Assembly: GCF_036321535.1 (NCBI RefSeq) | Contig: NC_087436.1 | Coordinates: 66,280,001-66,344,000, forward strand | DNA from: Camelus dromedarius | Taxonomy: Eukaryota | DNA length: 64,000 nucleotides | Direction of reading: 5' to 3' | Part shown: piece after piece, positions 1 through 12,249 of the stretch | How positions within the stretch are numbered: position 1 is the stretch's first letter | Layout of the letters: each line of letters opens with the position of its first letter | The notes under the pieces: generated by a model | The model's database searches: none | The model's input: only the letters and a program-made list of their open reading frames with translations | Told to the model about the DNA's origin: nothing | Made by a program: the position numbers and the translations under genes

Positions 1-299
1 GATATAATTCCTGTGGCTCAAAGTATACTATTTTATTTTCACAAATTATTTCATCCCAGTAAAAAATATCACATTTTGTATTGATAAGTACCAATTCAAC
101 TGCAAATGATTGAAACCAACTTTAACTGTGAAAGACAAAACAAAACCAACAAAGAAACAAAAAAACAAATTAAAAGGGAAAAAAGGAAGATGTATGGTTG
201 GAGACTGGACTATTGCATGAAATGTAAGGGACAGTTGAGCAATTACTGATCCGAATTTAGGGAAAGAGAAATTCTATCTTCAGGAAAAAAAATAATCTC

Positions 300-540
300 A
301 TGGTTGCACCACACCATTTCCTCATTTTTTGCCCTAAGCTTCTCTTCCATCAGGCTATTCCTGAGTTATATGCTTTTATAGTAAGCCAGTGATCTAGTAG
401 AGTAGAGTAGAATATTTTTCTGAGTTCTATGAGTTGCTGAAGCAAGTTAATTGAACCCAAGGAAGGGTCACTGGGACCTCTCATCTATAGACGGTAGGAA
501 AGAAGTACAGGTAACAACCTGGACCTGTGACTATGCTCTG

Positions 541-590
<50 letters not shown>

Positions 591-755
591 CTGTCTGTCT
601 GTCTGTGTGTTGGGTGGCAGTCTTATTAGGACCTTAAGGTGTGGAATCTTATACTACCTCTGATGCTATCTCAGAATTGAGTTAAATTGTAGGACATCCA
701 GCTGGTGTGGGAGAATTGCTTGGTGTTGTTGGGGGAAATCCCTTGACACATTGTA
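300..755 (+). mobile_element. MER21-like LTR fragment, interrupted by a (GT)n tract
   Basis: Motifs 'tttttctgagttctatgag', 'agaagtacaggtaacaacctggac', 'ggcagtctt' and 'cagaattgagttaaattgtaggacatccagctggtgt' match the recalled MER21 consensus in the same order. Confidence 0.75.
543..610. repeat. (GT)n microsatellite with a degenerate (GTCT) tail
   Basis: About 21 perfect GT units read directly; explains the CVCVCV ORF at 451-663. Confidence 0.98.
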
Positions 756-849
756 GTAAGTGATCAAAATTTTAAAGATATATGTTTGAAAAACCCATAA
801 AACCCCACTGGTTGTACTTGCTTTACATTCAGGACTACTGATGTCTCAT

Positions 850-2312
850 AAGTTTTAAGTGTTTTCCAACTTGCCTACTACATTTTCTTACTTCACTCTC
901 CTGGGTTCCTAGATGCCTTTTTCCAAATTCTTCATCTTGTCAGGACTCCAGAATCTCTTCTTCCATCCCCAAGTTATCAATAGATAAACATGTTACCATT
1001 TCCCAGTGAAAACAGAAGCAATCAAAAGATATTCCACATGTTGCTTCTACCCATAAATAAATAAATTTGCTTCCTTGTAAATTGCTTTAACTACTGTTAG
1101 GATGCTAAACTCCTATATTCCTTTCTAAGGCCAACCTCCTTTGTAAACTAGATCTCATCCCTTCTTGCTTAACAAAAACATCGCTCAGGTAGTATATCCT
1201 TCCTTATCCACCATTTTTTTTTTCTCTAGTGTATCATTCTGATAAAACAAACAAATGTTATAGATATAATAGCAAAAGATTTTATGACAGCTCTTGTTTA
1301 CAAAATAAAATCCATTTTTACCTATTTCCCCAGTAACTATCTCATTTTTTCCTTCTCTCTTGAAACCAAAACTGCACCCAAGTAAATATTGTCTTACTCA
1401 CTGGCTCCATTTCTTCACCTCCAATTATTTCCTGAACTCACTTTAATCAGATGTTAATGCCTCTTGGTTCAAAGACACCTTTCATTAGGTCCCAAGTGGA
1501 GCAATCTTTAACTCCTCTCCTTTTCTTTCACTCCAAATCCAAATCATGTTAATATCCAATAAGTTTTTCCTTTAAAATTTACACACACAGAGACAATCAA
1601 ATCACACCCTCGTCTCTAGTACATCTAAGGGAGTATGTCACCCAAATTATTGCAATGTTCTCTTAACCATTCTCTGCTTCCAATATGCAGTCTCCATATA
1701 ACAGCCAGAGACTTTTTTAAACAAAATGAGATCATATCAACAGCCTTCATAAAGTGTTGCAGTGGTGTCTTGTCTTATTCAGAGAGTAAGTCAACGGCTT
1801 TACAAATGGTCTACAAAGCTACATGTGATCTTCTCCCCACCACATACGTGATTCTCTGACTTCATTTTCAACCTTTTTTCTTGTAGTTTATTCTCTTCCA
1901 GTAATATTTATTTCCTTTCTGGGTAGCGAATACACCAAGAATGTTCCTATTTTGTGTCCTCTGCACTTGCTCTCTCCTCTCCCTGAAACCGTCTCCATGG
2001 CTCCATGTGGAAGATGCGCGTTGTGGCACTTCTGTCTCTTATCTGCTCTATGGTGACTTTGCCAGAAAGGCCTCTGCTTGTTTACCTTCTGTAAAATAGA
2101 CGTACTCAAGGTGCCATATCCCTGTTACCAGGTATCACATAACTACACAGCATACATGTTTGTTTCTTTTTTACCCCACCTGAATGTGAGACCCAGGATG
2201 GTATCTGTTTTGTGTAATGATGTAGTCCATTAACCAGGAACATTACCTAACATTCAGCAGATGTTCAAAAAATATTGTTAAAATGATGGCTAGACAGATG
2301 CATGAATGGAAA
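850..2312 (+). mobile_element. L2 LINE, fragmented 3' part
   Basis: Pyrimidine-rich L2-like blocks ending in an L2-type terminus 'cagatgttcaaaaaatattgtt...atgcatgaatgga'. Confidence 0.7.
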
Positions 2313-3351
2313 GATGAGAGTTATATTGTGGTGTCAAAGAAACCTGTATGCTGCTCCACAGTCCAAACACCAAAGAGTAATGAAAACTTCTAGAAACACT
2401 TGTGCAATTTGAAACAGAGGATATTATCCCAATTACAGGATAAAGCTCAAGGATAAAGCAGGATTCCAGATAAAAGTTGATTTACTATGCATTTATGAAG
2501 GGAGATCTCAGCCTCACAGGCTTACCAGTTCTGGACCAGGAGAAAAATTATTTGAAGCTTAAAGGTAGCATAGAAATAGCAAGAGAGTTGGTGGGACTGG
2601 TATGGGCAGAGGGCAGTACAGTAAGGGGAATCCCACTGAAATCTTCATGGATAGATAGCGGACTGAACAAGTCAGGGGTACTAGGTGATGACTTTCTCAG
2701 AGAATCTCCAGGTGTTAATAGTATTAAGTAGAGCTCAAACACTTTTTCTTCCAGCTTTGGCACAATAAATCAGTTTTTCCAAGATATAGGATGAAATGAA
2801 TGGCAACTGACTTTACTTTTTTTTTTTTCTCTTTCTTACTGTTAAATTTCAAAACTCTGTTCAGAATTTAGAGGCCTGATTTGTGGGAATGTATCCTAAT
2901 GGAAACCTCAAAATATCTATTTGTAGACTTAATGTTAGTAGACTTTATGTAATTATAAAGATAGTATTTTAGTACTATTTTAAGTTTTATCTCATGACAA
3001 AAAATATTTATCTATTATCCTCTCAACTTGGTTATTGATACAGTTTGCTTGAGTTAGTAATATTACCTTTAATATAATGGAATGAGTTGGTATTTTCCTG
3101 CTTGTCTCCTTTCTAAATCCAGTGATTTTTTTTTGTAATAAACTTAGAACTAGTCATATGTATGTCATTTAATAATTTTGACAGAATATTGAAATTATAA
3201 TCACAGTCAGGCACAGAATCCTTTACAGATTTGAATGGGAGACATTTGATCAGGCTATCCCAATGATAAAGAAAAAAATATGCAAGAGTTTAGAAGACAG
3301 TCAACCTAAAATAACTATGTCCATACAAATAGTACATTTTGCACAAAACTA

Positions 3352-3433
3352 AAATTGATAGTAGTTTTTTTAACTAAACAGTTTGCTATTTTAAATTGAT
3401 AGTAGTTTTTTAAACTAAACAGTTTGCTATTTT
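3352..3433. repeat. 41-bp tandem duplication (2 copies, 1 mismatch)
   Basis: aaattgatagtagtttttttaactaaacagtttgctatttt at 3352-3392, repeated at 3393-3433. Confidence 0.95.
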
Positions 3434-4589
3434 ACTGACACAGATGTTTATTGAAATGGAAATATTAGTATAATTTTCACCAGATATTTTTCAATATGAT
3501 TAAATATATGAAGTAATATGGCTCCCTCTGCTTTATAAATAATATTTTCTCAATTATACTGAAAAAAAGGGAGTTATAAACGTATCACAGCATTCTAGCC
3601 AGTTTTTAGGGATAGCAATCTTGTCATCTTGAAAACTAAACAAGATTTTATACAGAGTAGTTTGATTTCATAATAGCAGAGACAAGTGGAACAATTTAAT
3701 GAATGAAGTCTGTCTAAATAAATAGCTTCTTCATCTTCCAATCTATACAAAACTCCCTACCCATATCAGATAAAAATTAAAGTTGTGTGTAAGGGGCAGG
3801 GGAACTCATGATTCATTCCATTTTCATTGCTTAATGGATTTCTCATATTTGCCAGGAGATAGCTGCAAAATTGCAATCTATGTGAGTAATTAATTGGGCA
3901 GTCTTGTTATTTTTCCATCTAACAGGAATGAATAAGTGACACCTAAGTTTAGGTGGGATAAATAGGCTTCTTTTCATCATCTTACTAACATTTTCCCACT
4001 ATTTTGTTTTCAATTAGCATGTAATGAAAGTAGCCTCCCTAGTGCTACAGAACACTCTCTTATAACAAAAGAGAAAGGGATTTAGCACATATCTAGTATG
4101 CATTAGAAACACCATAATTTTTACAACTTAGAGAAAATGATGCTGATATTATATACTTCCCATTTTAATTCAGAGACCTAAGAGCAGGTTAATAAAATTG
4201 ACTTATGTAAGATTCATTTAGAAATGTTATAATGCAGAAATATTCTGTTATCTTTCATTTAATAGAATGAAATAGAGTATTTTAATCTAAAATATTATCT
4301 TGAAAACTATTGATGAAGTATTGATAGAAAATTGCTGTTACAATATACAGTATTTGCTGATTTAATTTATAAAGGACACTTTATGTACTTCATAAAAATA
4401 CTTGTTGAGTAAGTATATGGAAAATCAATTAGCTGATACCTAGTCATTTTTTATATTTAGTCCTTTTCTATTAAAGATCCATATAAAAAAATATATATGT
4501 AAATAAATATATTTGGCTGGTGCATAAACATGTTTTATTGTAAACACCTTTGTCACTTTCTCATATTAGATATATGAACACAACATAAC

Positions 4590-5012
4590 ATAGTGTTGTA
4601 GGCCAATCTCACTTCAAAAACAAACAAAGTAATGGGAAAAGAAATCAGATTTGTTAGCAGAGGTGGAGTGTGGGGGTGGGAGTATAGGAAATTGGATGGA
4701 CGTGGTCAAAAGGTCAAACTTCCAATTATAAGACAAATAAGTACTAAGGATGTAATGTGCAACATGATAAATACTGCTATATGTTATATATGAAATTTGT
4801 TAAGAAAGTAAATCCTTAGGGATTTCATTACAAGGAAAACAATATTTCTCTTTCTTTTTCTTTCATATTGGATCTATATGAGATGATGGATTCTCACTAA
4901 ACTTATTGTGGTAATCATTTCATGATGTATGTCAATCAAATCACTATGCTGTATACCTTAAATTTATACAGTGCTGCATGTCAACCATATCTCAATAAAG
5001 CTGGAAGAAAAA
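4590..5012 (+). mobile_element. L1 3' UTR (L1MA9-like/laurasiatherian), 5'-truncated
   Basis: G-rich tract, 'aaacttccaattataag', 'ctaaacttattgtggtaatcatttcatg', terminal 'atctcaataaagctggaagaaaaa'. Confidence 0.8.
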
Positions 5013-5589
5013 TATTTATTTTTTATATATAGTCCATGTAATAATTATCTGTATACTAAGGTTACTTGCCTAGACACAGTTGAAAATTATCTGTCAAGGT
5101 TAAAGTGAATCTATAAATGAAAACTTTTTAAAATGTTCTCTTTTTGAAATATGAACAATAAAAATATATTTATAAGAAATATATCTATTAGTGAAATATG
5201 CCCAACAGACAAAACAAAAATCTGATGGTGCTTGATGTTCTTGAGAATGAATCAAGCATACACTTTATTTTTCACATTTTCAAGGTTGCATGACATTTGT
5301 GTATTGATATGTGTAGTCTAGAACAACCTCAGGCCATATATAGTGGCCAAATGATGAATATTTATTTATATCAGAACTGAATCACAAGAGAGCCTTTGGA
5401 CAAAAGATTAATACCAATATGGCTACAAATATAGCAGTAGATGTTTTGTGGTTAGAGATCTAGATTAAATATTGGATCACTGGGGTTCTGGATTTATTTT
5501 ATTCCTTATCCACATTACCAAATAACAGGCCCTAAATAAATGTGTTTCAAAAGCATACTTAAGTGAATGGATGAAAGCTTGCAGGGTTA

Positions 5590-5720
5590 TTTTCTCATCT
5601 ATTAATGTAAAATAAAATTCCAAAATCATCTCATTTTATACCTGCTTCTTTTTTTTTCTGTTAATAGTTGTGAGAACAAATAAAATATGTATGGGACACA
5701 TTTTTAAATGTTGAAAAATA
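5590..5720 (+). mobile_element. MIR fragment
   Basis: Degenerate core 'tttctcatctatt...' and 'gttgtgagaacaaataaaatatgtatg'. Confidence 0.4.
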
Positions 5721-6093
5721 GATTTTTATCCATAAACCATTTCTATTATTTGTTTAAGAAAAACAACTCAAGTTAACATGTCAAAGTTGATAGATGTAGC
5801 AGACTTACCATAAGAGTTGTATCATACTCCAGGTGGGCTATGTAAAAAATATAAAGAGAAATAATAAGAAAACTTTGTGTTACATATTGGAAAGTCACTG
5901 AGAGAATATTAGGACTATGGATAGGGGCTCTGGAATTAATATTCTCAAGTATAAATATACTAAAAAGAAGTCTAACCAGTACTTGGCTAAAGCATTCTGG
6001 GACTTCTCATTTATACAACAAAGAAGAAAAGAAATTCAGAAATAGAAAGAATTAAGGTTGTAGGAACTGAACCAACTCTTGGGGTGGCCTTTC

Positions 6094-6179
6094 TTAATTC
6101 CATTTTGTCACCTTTTGATTTTGTCCTTTTGATTATTTAATTCCATTTTGTCACCTTTTGATTTTGTATTTTTGATTAT
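6094..6179. repeat. 43-bp tandem duplication (2 copies, 2 mismatches)
   Basis: ttaattccattttgtcaccttttgattttgt(cc/at)ttttgattat at 6094-6136 and 6137-6179. Confidence 0.95.
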
Positions 6180-6468
6180 TTTTGTGTGTGTGTGCTTGAT
6201 TTATATCCAATAGATTTAACACAGTAGAGAATAACGGACCTTATGGCTAGCAGGCAATACTGGAAGTAAGACAGGTGGCAGTACCATTTATTGTGGTGAT
6301 CAAAAGATAAATGAGATAAAGTTCCAACTCAAAATTAAAGTAGTTTGAGACCATGGAGCATGGGGGGAAAGGAGCCAGGAGGCATCCAGGATCAAATGCA
6401 GAAGACTAGCATTCAGAGCAAGGAAAAGTACAACATACATCAGGAAAGTAAGATAAGCATCAGTACTT

Positions 6469-6897
6469 TGTTAAAATTAAATGCAAAACGAAGACCAGGC
6501 TTGAAAATTTTCTGAGCAGGCAAAACCAGTTCATCCGCTTAGGCAAAACTAAATTTAGCTTATTTCATGAACGTAAGTGAAACTTAGGTTATTTCTTGTA
6601 AATGCCTTCTGAAAATAATACAATTAATTTAAGCTTTTCCTGCAGATCAGCATGATCTTTTAACCAATCCCGATCACTAAGAAAACTGGAATGCTACAAC
6701 CCATCATTGGAAAGAACAAATAGCCTCTGCAGTTTTCTCTATAAACTATCCTATAATAATGTACCTCTGAGCCGCATTCCACTGTTGCCTTGAGACTGCC
6801 CAGTTCACAAAATGTTTATGTATGCACGATAAACTCTTACTGAGTAGTATTTTATTGATATACCAGTTTTAATTTTGCTATTTATGGGGTTTTGACA
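6469..6897 (+). mobile_element. Solo LTR, probably ERV1 class
   Basis: TG...CA termini (tgttaaaa...ttttgaca, imperfect inverted ends), internal CCAAT (about 6664), 'ctataaa' and a degenerate polyA 'gataaa'; about 430 bp; no clear TSD. Confidence 0.7.
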
Positions 6898-8109
6898 GGA
6901 TTAGGACCATAATAGCAGACTTCACACCTATAACTTCCCTGTGGGTCAGCAAAGCACACTGAATACCAGGTCTACCACAGAGAGGCTAATGCCACATAAA
7001 AATCAAAATCACTTAATAACCAAACATACTCCTTTCCTGATTACAATTGTTTAAGGAACTTGGCATGGTGAGCCAAGTGGTAATTTTCCTGTTTTCCAGA
7101 AATCAAACTGATATTCTGAAAGATATGTAGTTTATTTGGCTTCTGGAGGTCAAAGCTAAACTCTGTGTGATCTGTTGTAGTTTGGAGTTTAGTTAATTTC
7201 TCTCTCTTCAGTACTTTACAAGGGTCTTGTAAAGTATTTTCTGACATAACTGTTTGTATTTGTGATTAATCAGGAATGGACCACAGTACTGTTGGCAATG
7301 CCATCACCAATGACAGCATGAGCACAAGTCATGTGGAAATCCATTCTAAATGAGTAGTTTCCATCTAAAAAAGAAACATTTTAGGGTTTCTCTTAATTGC
7401 CACATAATTACACATTATTTGCATTTAATTTTATCATTCCTACTTCCAAATTAATAGGAACACAAATGGGAAATGTTTCAGGAGTCTAACTTTATGCAAC
7501 TTACTCCACAAGAGATTGTAAACTTTTTTCATGGAGGCCATATCACTTTTTTTCCTTTTCATTGCCTCCTGACATAATGGAGAAGAGCGATTACATTCTT
7601 GCATTAATCTCTGTGTGATAGCACTGTGAGAAGAACACCGGCACTTGGAGACAAAAGTAGTAACAGACAGTGGCCACAGCATGCTCAAAAAAGACCTGGA
7701 CAAGACCAGTAAAACATACTGCCGAAAGGAAGCACTTGACACTCACCATGCTAGGATAGCATGTCAGTCAGTACCTCTGTCCTGAAATTCTAAATATGAG
7801 AACTTCCAATTAGACATTAGATCAATTTCATTCAATTGTAGGGTGACAACAGCAACCATTAACTCGAAGCTGGACAATAAAGAAAAAATTAGTGATATTT
7901 ATTTTTCCCTTGGTGTTCCCTTTCCCAACAGTCAAGATGACAATTTGAACACATGCATATTTTCTCCTTCTCCTTTGAAATTTCTGCAGAGAAGACAATC
8001 AAAAGATATTTTAGAACATGGTTAAAAATCATATAAAGAAGTGAGAATATTGTGCCTGCCCTTTTGAGATAAAGGGAAAAGACAAATGTAAAACATTTTT
8101 AAGGTCATG

Positions 8110-8131
8110 CACACACACACACACACACACA
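8110..8131. repeat. (CA)n microsatellite
   Basis: About 11 CA units. Confidence 0.95.
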
Positions 8132-10680
8132 TGCACACAAACAAACATACATATCCAGGTTATAGTCATAGTAGCAATGATAGAAATATACAGGAAAAAT
8201 GTAAACAATGCAAAGAAGATAGGAGATAGAATCAAAATTGTGAAGCATTCTGAATATTAAGAAAAAAATTAAATAACTTGTTTTATTGTACCTAAAACAC
8301 TTTTGTGAGACATTATTATTCTATGTACTACTAATAACATAGAAACCAAAATCTAATGAAACTATAACATTGTCAATTTTAAATGCATCCCTGTATGAAA
8401 ATTTTATTGACAAAAGATTCTTACAGACAGTTTAACACAGTTAATGAGGAAATACACCAGTTTCTATAATGGAGTAAATCACTGTAATTAGATCAACTGC
8501 TTTCACATTTTATATATATGAATGTATTTGTTGACATGTGTGTCAAATTAAACTCCAGGTGTGTTTTTGAACTTAGAGAAATTCTTCTGAAAGAATGAAT
8601 CATGTAAAAAAATATAATGAGGTCTTATACACAACAGCAATTAAAGCACATTTATTCTAATAGATATTAAAATATATATAAAGGATACAATGATTATAAG
8701 AGGACACTATTGGAATAAGAATAGCCAATGAAAGGTAAAATACAATAAAATAAATGGTTATGTAATAAAAACTAGTGGTTGTAAGAAGAAGATACACAAG
8801 AAATACACCATTAATCTTCAGTGAAAAGAGGATGAATTACCTTTAAAATATGTCAAAAAGAATTCATCCAGAATTTTAGAGGTACAATGGACAGTGTAAG
8901 ATGTTGAAGTTAAATCTACTTTTCTGAATATCCCCTCTTAGTTTATTTTCAAGGTTAGCTATAGTAACAAACACTTTTCATTCTGTATTTTATTACTCAC
9001 AAAGTAAGGACACTGAGACAATCTGTACTGTCTTATCTTAATATTTCTTTTTTGTATCTTCCTCCATGTTAGTAGTTTCCAAACTCTTTCTCACATGACT
9101 TCCTCTACAGAGTCCCTATGTCACTTCTTTGGAGTAAGGCAGGAGTCCGCTGAGCAGAACTCTAGACAGCCTGGATACCTGCTTTCGTCAGAGCAGCCCT
9201 GCATTTATCTCCTTAACATCATTGCTTAAGAGAAGTAGAGGAATTCACCTGTAAATGAAGATTTAAGTATTGTTATTTAAGAAGGCAGAATATCTGATTG
9301 CAGGCTATATTTGGTGATATTAATTGGCAGTAGTGTTTTTTCAACTTAACAGTAGTCAGAAATGTCACAAGACAGTAAGAATTTTCATACAGAATAAGGA
9401 AAGGAATCTTGTTTAATGAGTGTATCTACTAGGACAAGACAAGAAAAACTACTTTATTTTAAATTGCAGCCAATAAATCTTGTCTGTGTTAATATGCAGT
9501 TATAGTACATTAGATAATATTCATGCTTAAAAACCTTTTCTAAAATTGGTGGCAAATATCCTTAAATGGCCTAAAAAAGACCCTACTCTGTTCCTTGCTT
9601 TCTCAGTAGCCTGTCTTGTGTTGTACTGACCTTGATATCCATGTGCCAGGCTTGCTGTCTTCTTTCCTTTTCTCAAAGATGTCATTTTCAAAATGTGGAT
9701 TCACAAGTTGCCCCAGTGACCATGTATGGCTCTTCTTGATCTGGGACCTTTGGACATGTGATTCTGTCAACTCCTCTTCAGCAATTTATCTTAGGAGACT
9801 CAGCAAAAAGCACATGTCCACTCATCATTTTCCTCTGTTATAGTGTTTCATGCTATTCTAGGCATACTCTTTAATGAATGCATTTAATTGTGTAATTTGT
9901 TGGCAAATGTCTCTCAAAGAAATATTACAGTATGTATTTTGAATTTTTTTCTACAGCTAATCTAGAAACAGACTTAAAGCATAAAAATCCAGATGTTGTA
10001 GGTCCTTTAAATATAAGAGATTTGGAATCATGCTAAATATTTATGATTACTCCTACAGGTAGATATTTAACCTAACTCCAACTATTAAATGATACACTTA
10101 AACGGCACAAGATTTATAGATAGTTTGCATTGCATCAGACAATGAAAAAATAAATATTTAAAATATAGCATATGCTTGTGTCTGTATCTAGTATTTAGCT
10201 ATGTATGTCCCCTAAAATGATATAAAGTAAATCTAGCAACCATCTAAAATACCTTTTATATATGAATAATTTTAATGTTCCTAAAAGTTCAACTTTGCCT
10301 CAAATATGTTTACTTGAAATTTTGGGGGGAGGGGCAGGGAAATATAAATTAAGCAAGTAGATTCTAAAACTTCTTAATAAATAATATCTAACACTTTCAG
10401 AGCACTTACTATTTGCTGCAGAATATCAAAGAGAGAAAGACATGTATTGAGTTAGACAGATATTAATGAATGTATATTATAATCTCTATATTTTATATAA
10501 TCTATAATATAAATTAAGTATATTTTCCACATTTGGAAATCTAGCACAATTTGTAGAAAGAGAGAAATCAAGGAAGAAACAGACCTGTAGGAATTCAACT
10601 CTTCCTCTAATTAAATTGATATCACAAGGGAAGTTTTTTTTCCCAGATAGCAATTAGGAAAATAGCACTCAAGAAAGATG

Positions 10681-10683
<3 letters not shown>

Positions 10684-10722
<39 letters not shown>
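10684..10722. repeat. (AC)n microsatellite
   Basis: About 19 perfect units. Confidence 0.98.
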
Positions 10723-10724
<2 letters not shown>

Positions 10725-12249
10725 TATACTTTTGCTAGGGCAATAAACAAGTTAATTTATCTCATTGGGGGATTAACACTTGACTCCACCTACCCACTAT
10801 TTTAAAAAAATGAAATTATGGTTTTAGTAAAATATTTAAATTAAGAAAAGCCCACCATATGAGTTTATTTTCAGGTGTGAGGTGTGTACACTCCAAAGGT
10901 CAGTGGTAAGGCTTAAAAACTTCATGAATTTGATTCTGAAATAGGAAAAGCCATCAGATTAAATTGTGGTCATTAATAAATGATTACCATTATGATCAGT
11001 ATTACTTGTTATTTCAGAAAAAGAAAATGCTTCTGAGGATGGAGATGTGTCTATATCATGAGGAATTACTAATGGGTAGATGTAAATATTTGATTACTGT
11101 TATAAATGCAGTCAAAATTAGTGTCTTTCATGGAAGAGGTATCCATACATATCAGGCTGTGGCAAAAATTGAGAAAACAAGAAAGAAACTCAATATATCT
11201 CTCTCAAAGGGAGATAAACCTAATGGATGTTATAGCTGCCCAGATATTACTTAAAACAATCATGATAGTCGCAGATCAATTAGATCATATCATGTGAAGA
11301 ATTCGGAAAATATTTAGAAAACAGACATTAAAAAATGTCTAATGGAATGGAAAATAAGTGCCACAAAAACCTGTTTCTTATTTATTTAAATTATGTGTTT
11401 GTGTCATCCATTCAGACTCATATACAAGTTAAGAAATACTAATTTACCCAGGGTTTGTTTTATATTTTTCAGACATTTTATATGAATTTTCAATTTATAA
11501 TATACTGCTTTCTGTATATCAGCACTAACATCATCGTCACAATCAAACCGCAACTTTCACCACTTCATATTTAAAAATTCCTGCCTTGATTTGAACTATC
11601 ATATCTATGATAAATATAGTTTCTGTTATTGGGTTATTATAGACATTTTGGCAATAAGAGAATAAAAGTGTATATATTGGCAATTTTGTATAATTTTTAT
11701 GTTTTTACATTACAGAAAACTAATAAATGATGTTTACTGTTAAGGGAGACTATCAATAAGGAAATTATTCAGCTAGGTTCTTGCCAGCCTTCTATTTTTT
11801 TCTGCAAATATTGTTATAAAAGTAATGGACAAATGTCTATAGATTATTAATGAAAAAAGTATGATAACCAAATGTGCTAAACTTAAGTTGCCTTTATACA
11901 ATGCCAGTTGAAAGGGAAAGTTACTTTTTTCCCCTCAAATAAGTACTAAGAACATACACTACACATTTGCTATCTTTAAAAATGTTAATATAACATATAA
12001 TCAAAATCTGTGTCTTATTCAGTTTCTCCCAATTAACTCCCTAGGCTTATAAATTATAATATATGAATGCTGGAATTTTATAGGGCAATTAAGAACATTA
12101 AGTAATAGCAAATGCAGAACATATAAATGTAATACCTTTGTTATTTAAGGTAACACTACTTGCTGTAACATCCCAGAATAATATCCTAGTAGAAGAAAAA
12201 AAATTATTTCTAATGGAACAAAGTCTCCATACTTAACCATCCTGATTTC

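Noticed and set aside
451..663. ORF with a CVCVCV run
   Set aside because: Translation of a (GT)n tract inside an LTR
2477..2763. Overlapping 84-aa and 71-aa ORFs on opposite strands
   Set aside because: Non-ATG starts, no recognisable domain, no convincing splice sites
7041..7742. Minus-strand ORFs of 68 and 100 aa; short plus-strand peptide MDHSTVGNAITNDSMSTSHVEIHSK
   Set aside because: No family resemblance; lengths expected by chance
10964..11297. Two overlapping plus-strand ORFs that look vaguely protein-like (possible pseudogene)
   Set aside because: I cannot assign any homologue; a BLASTX hit would be needed
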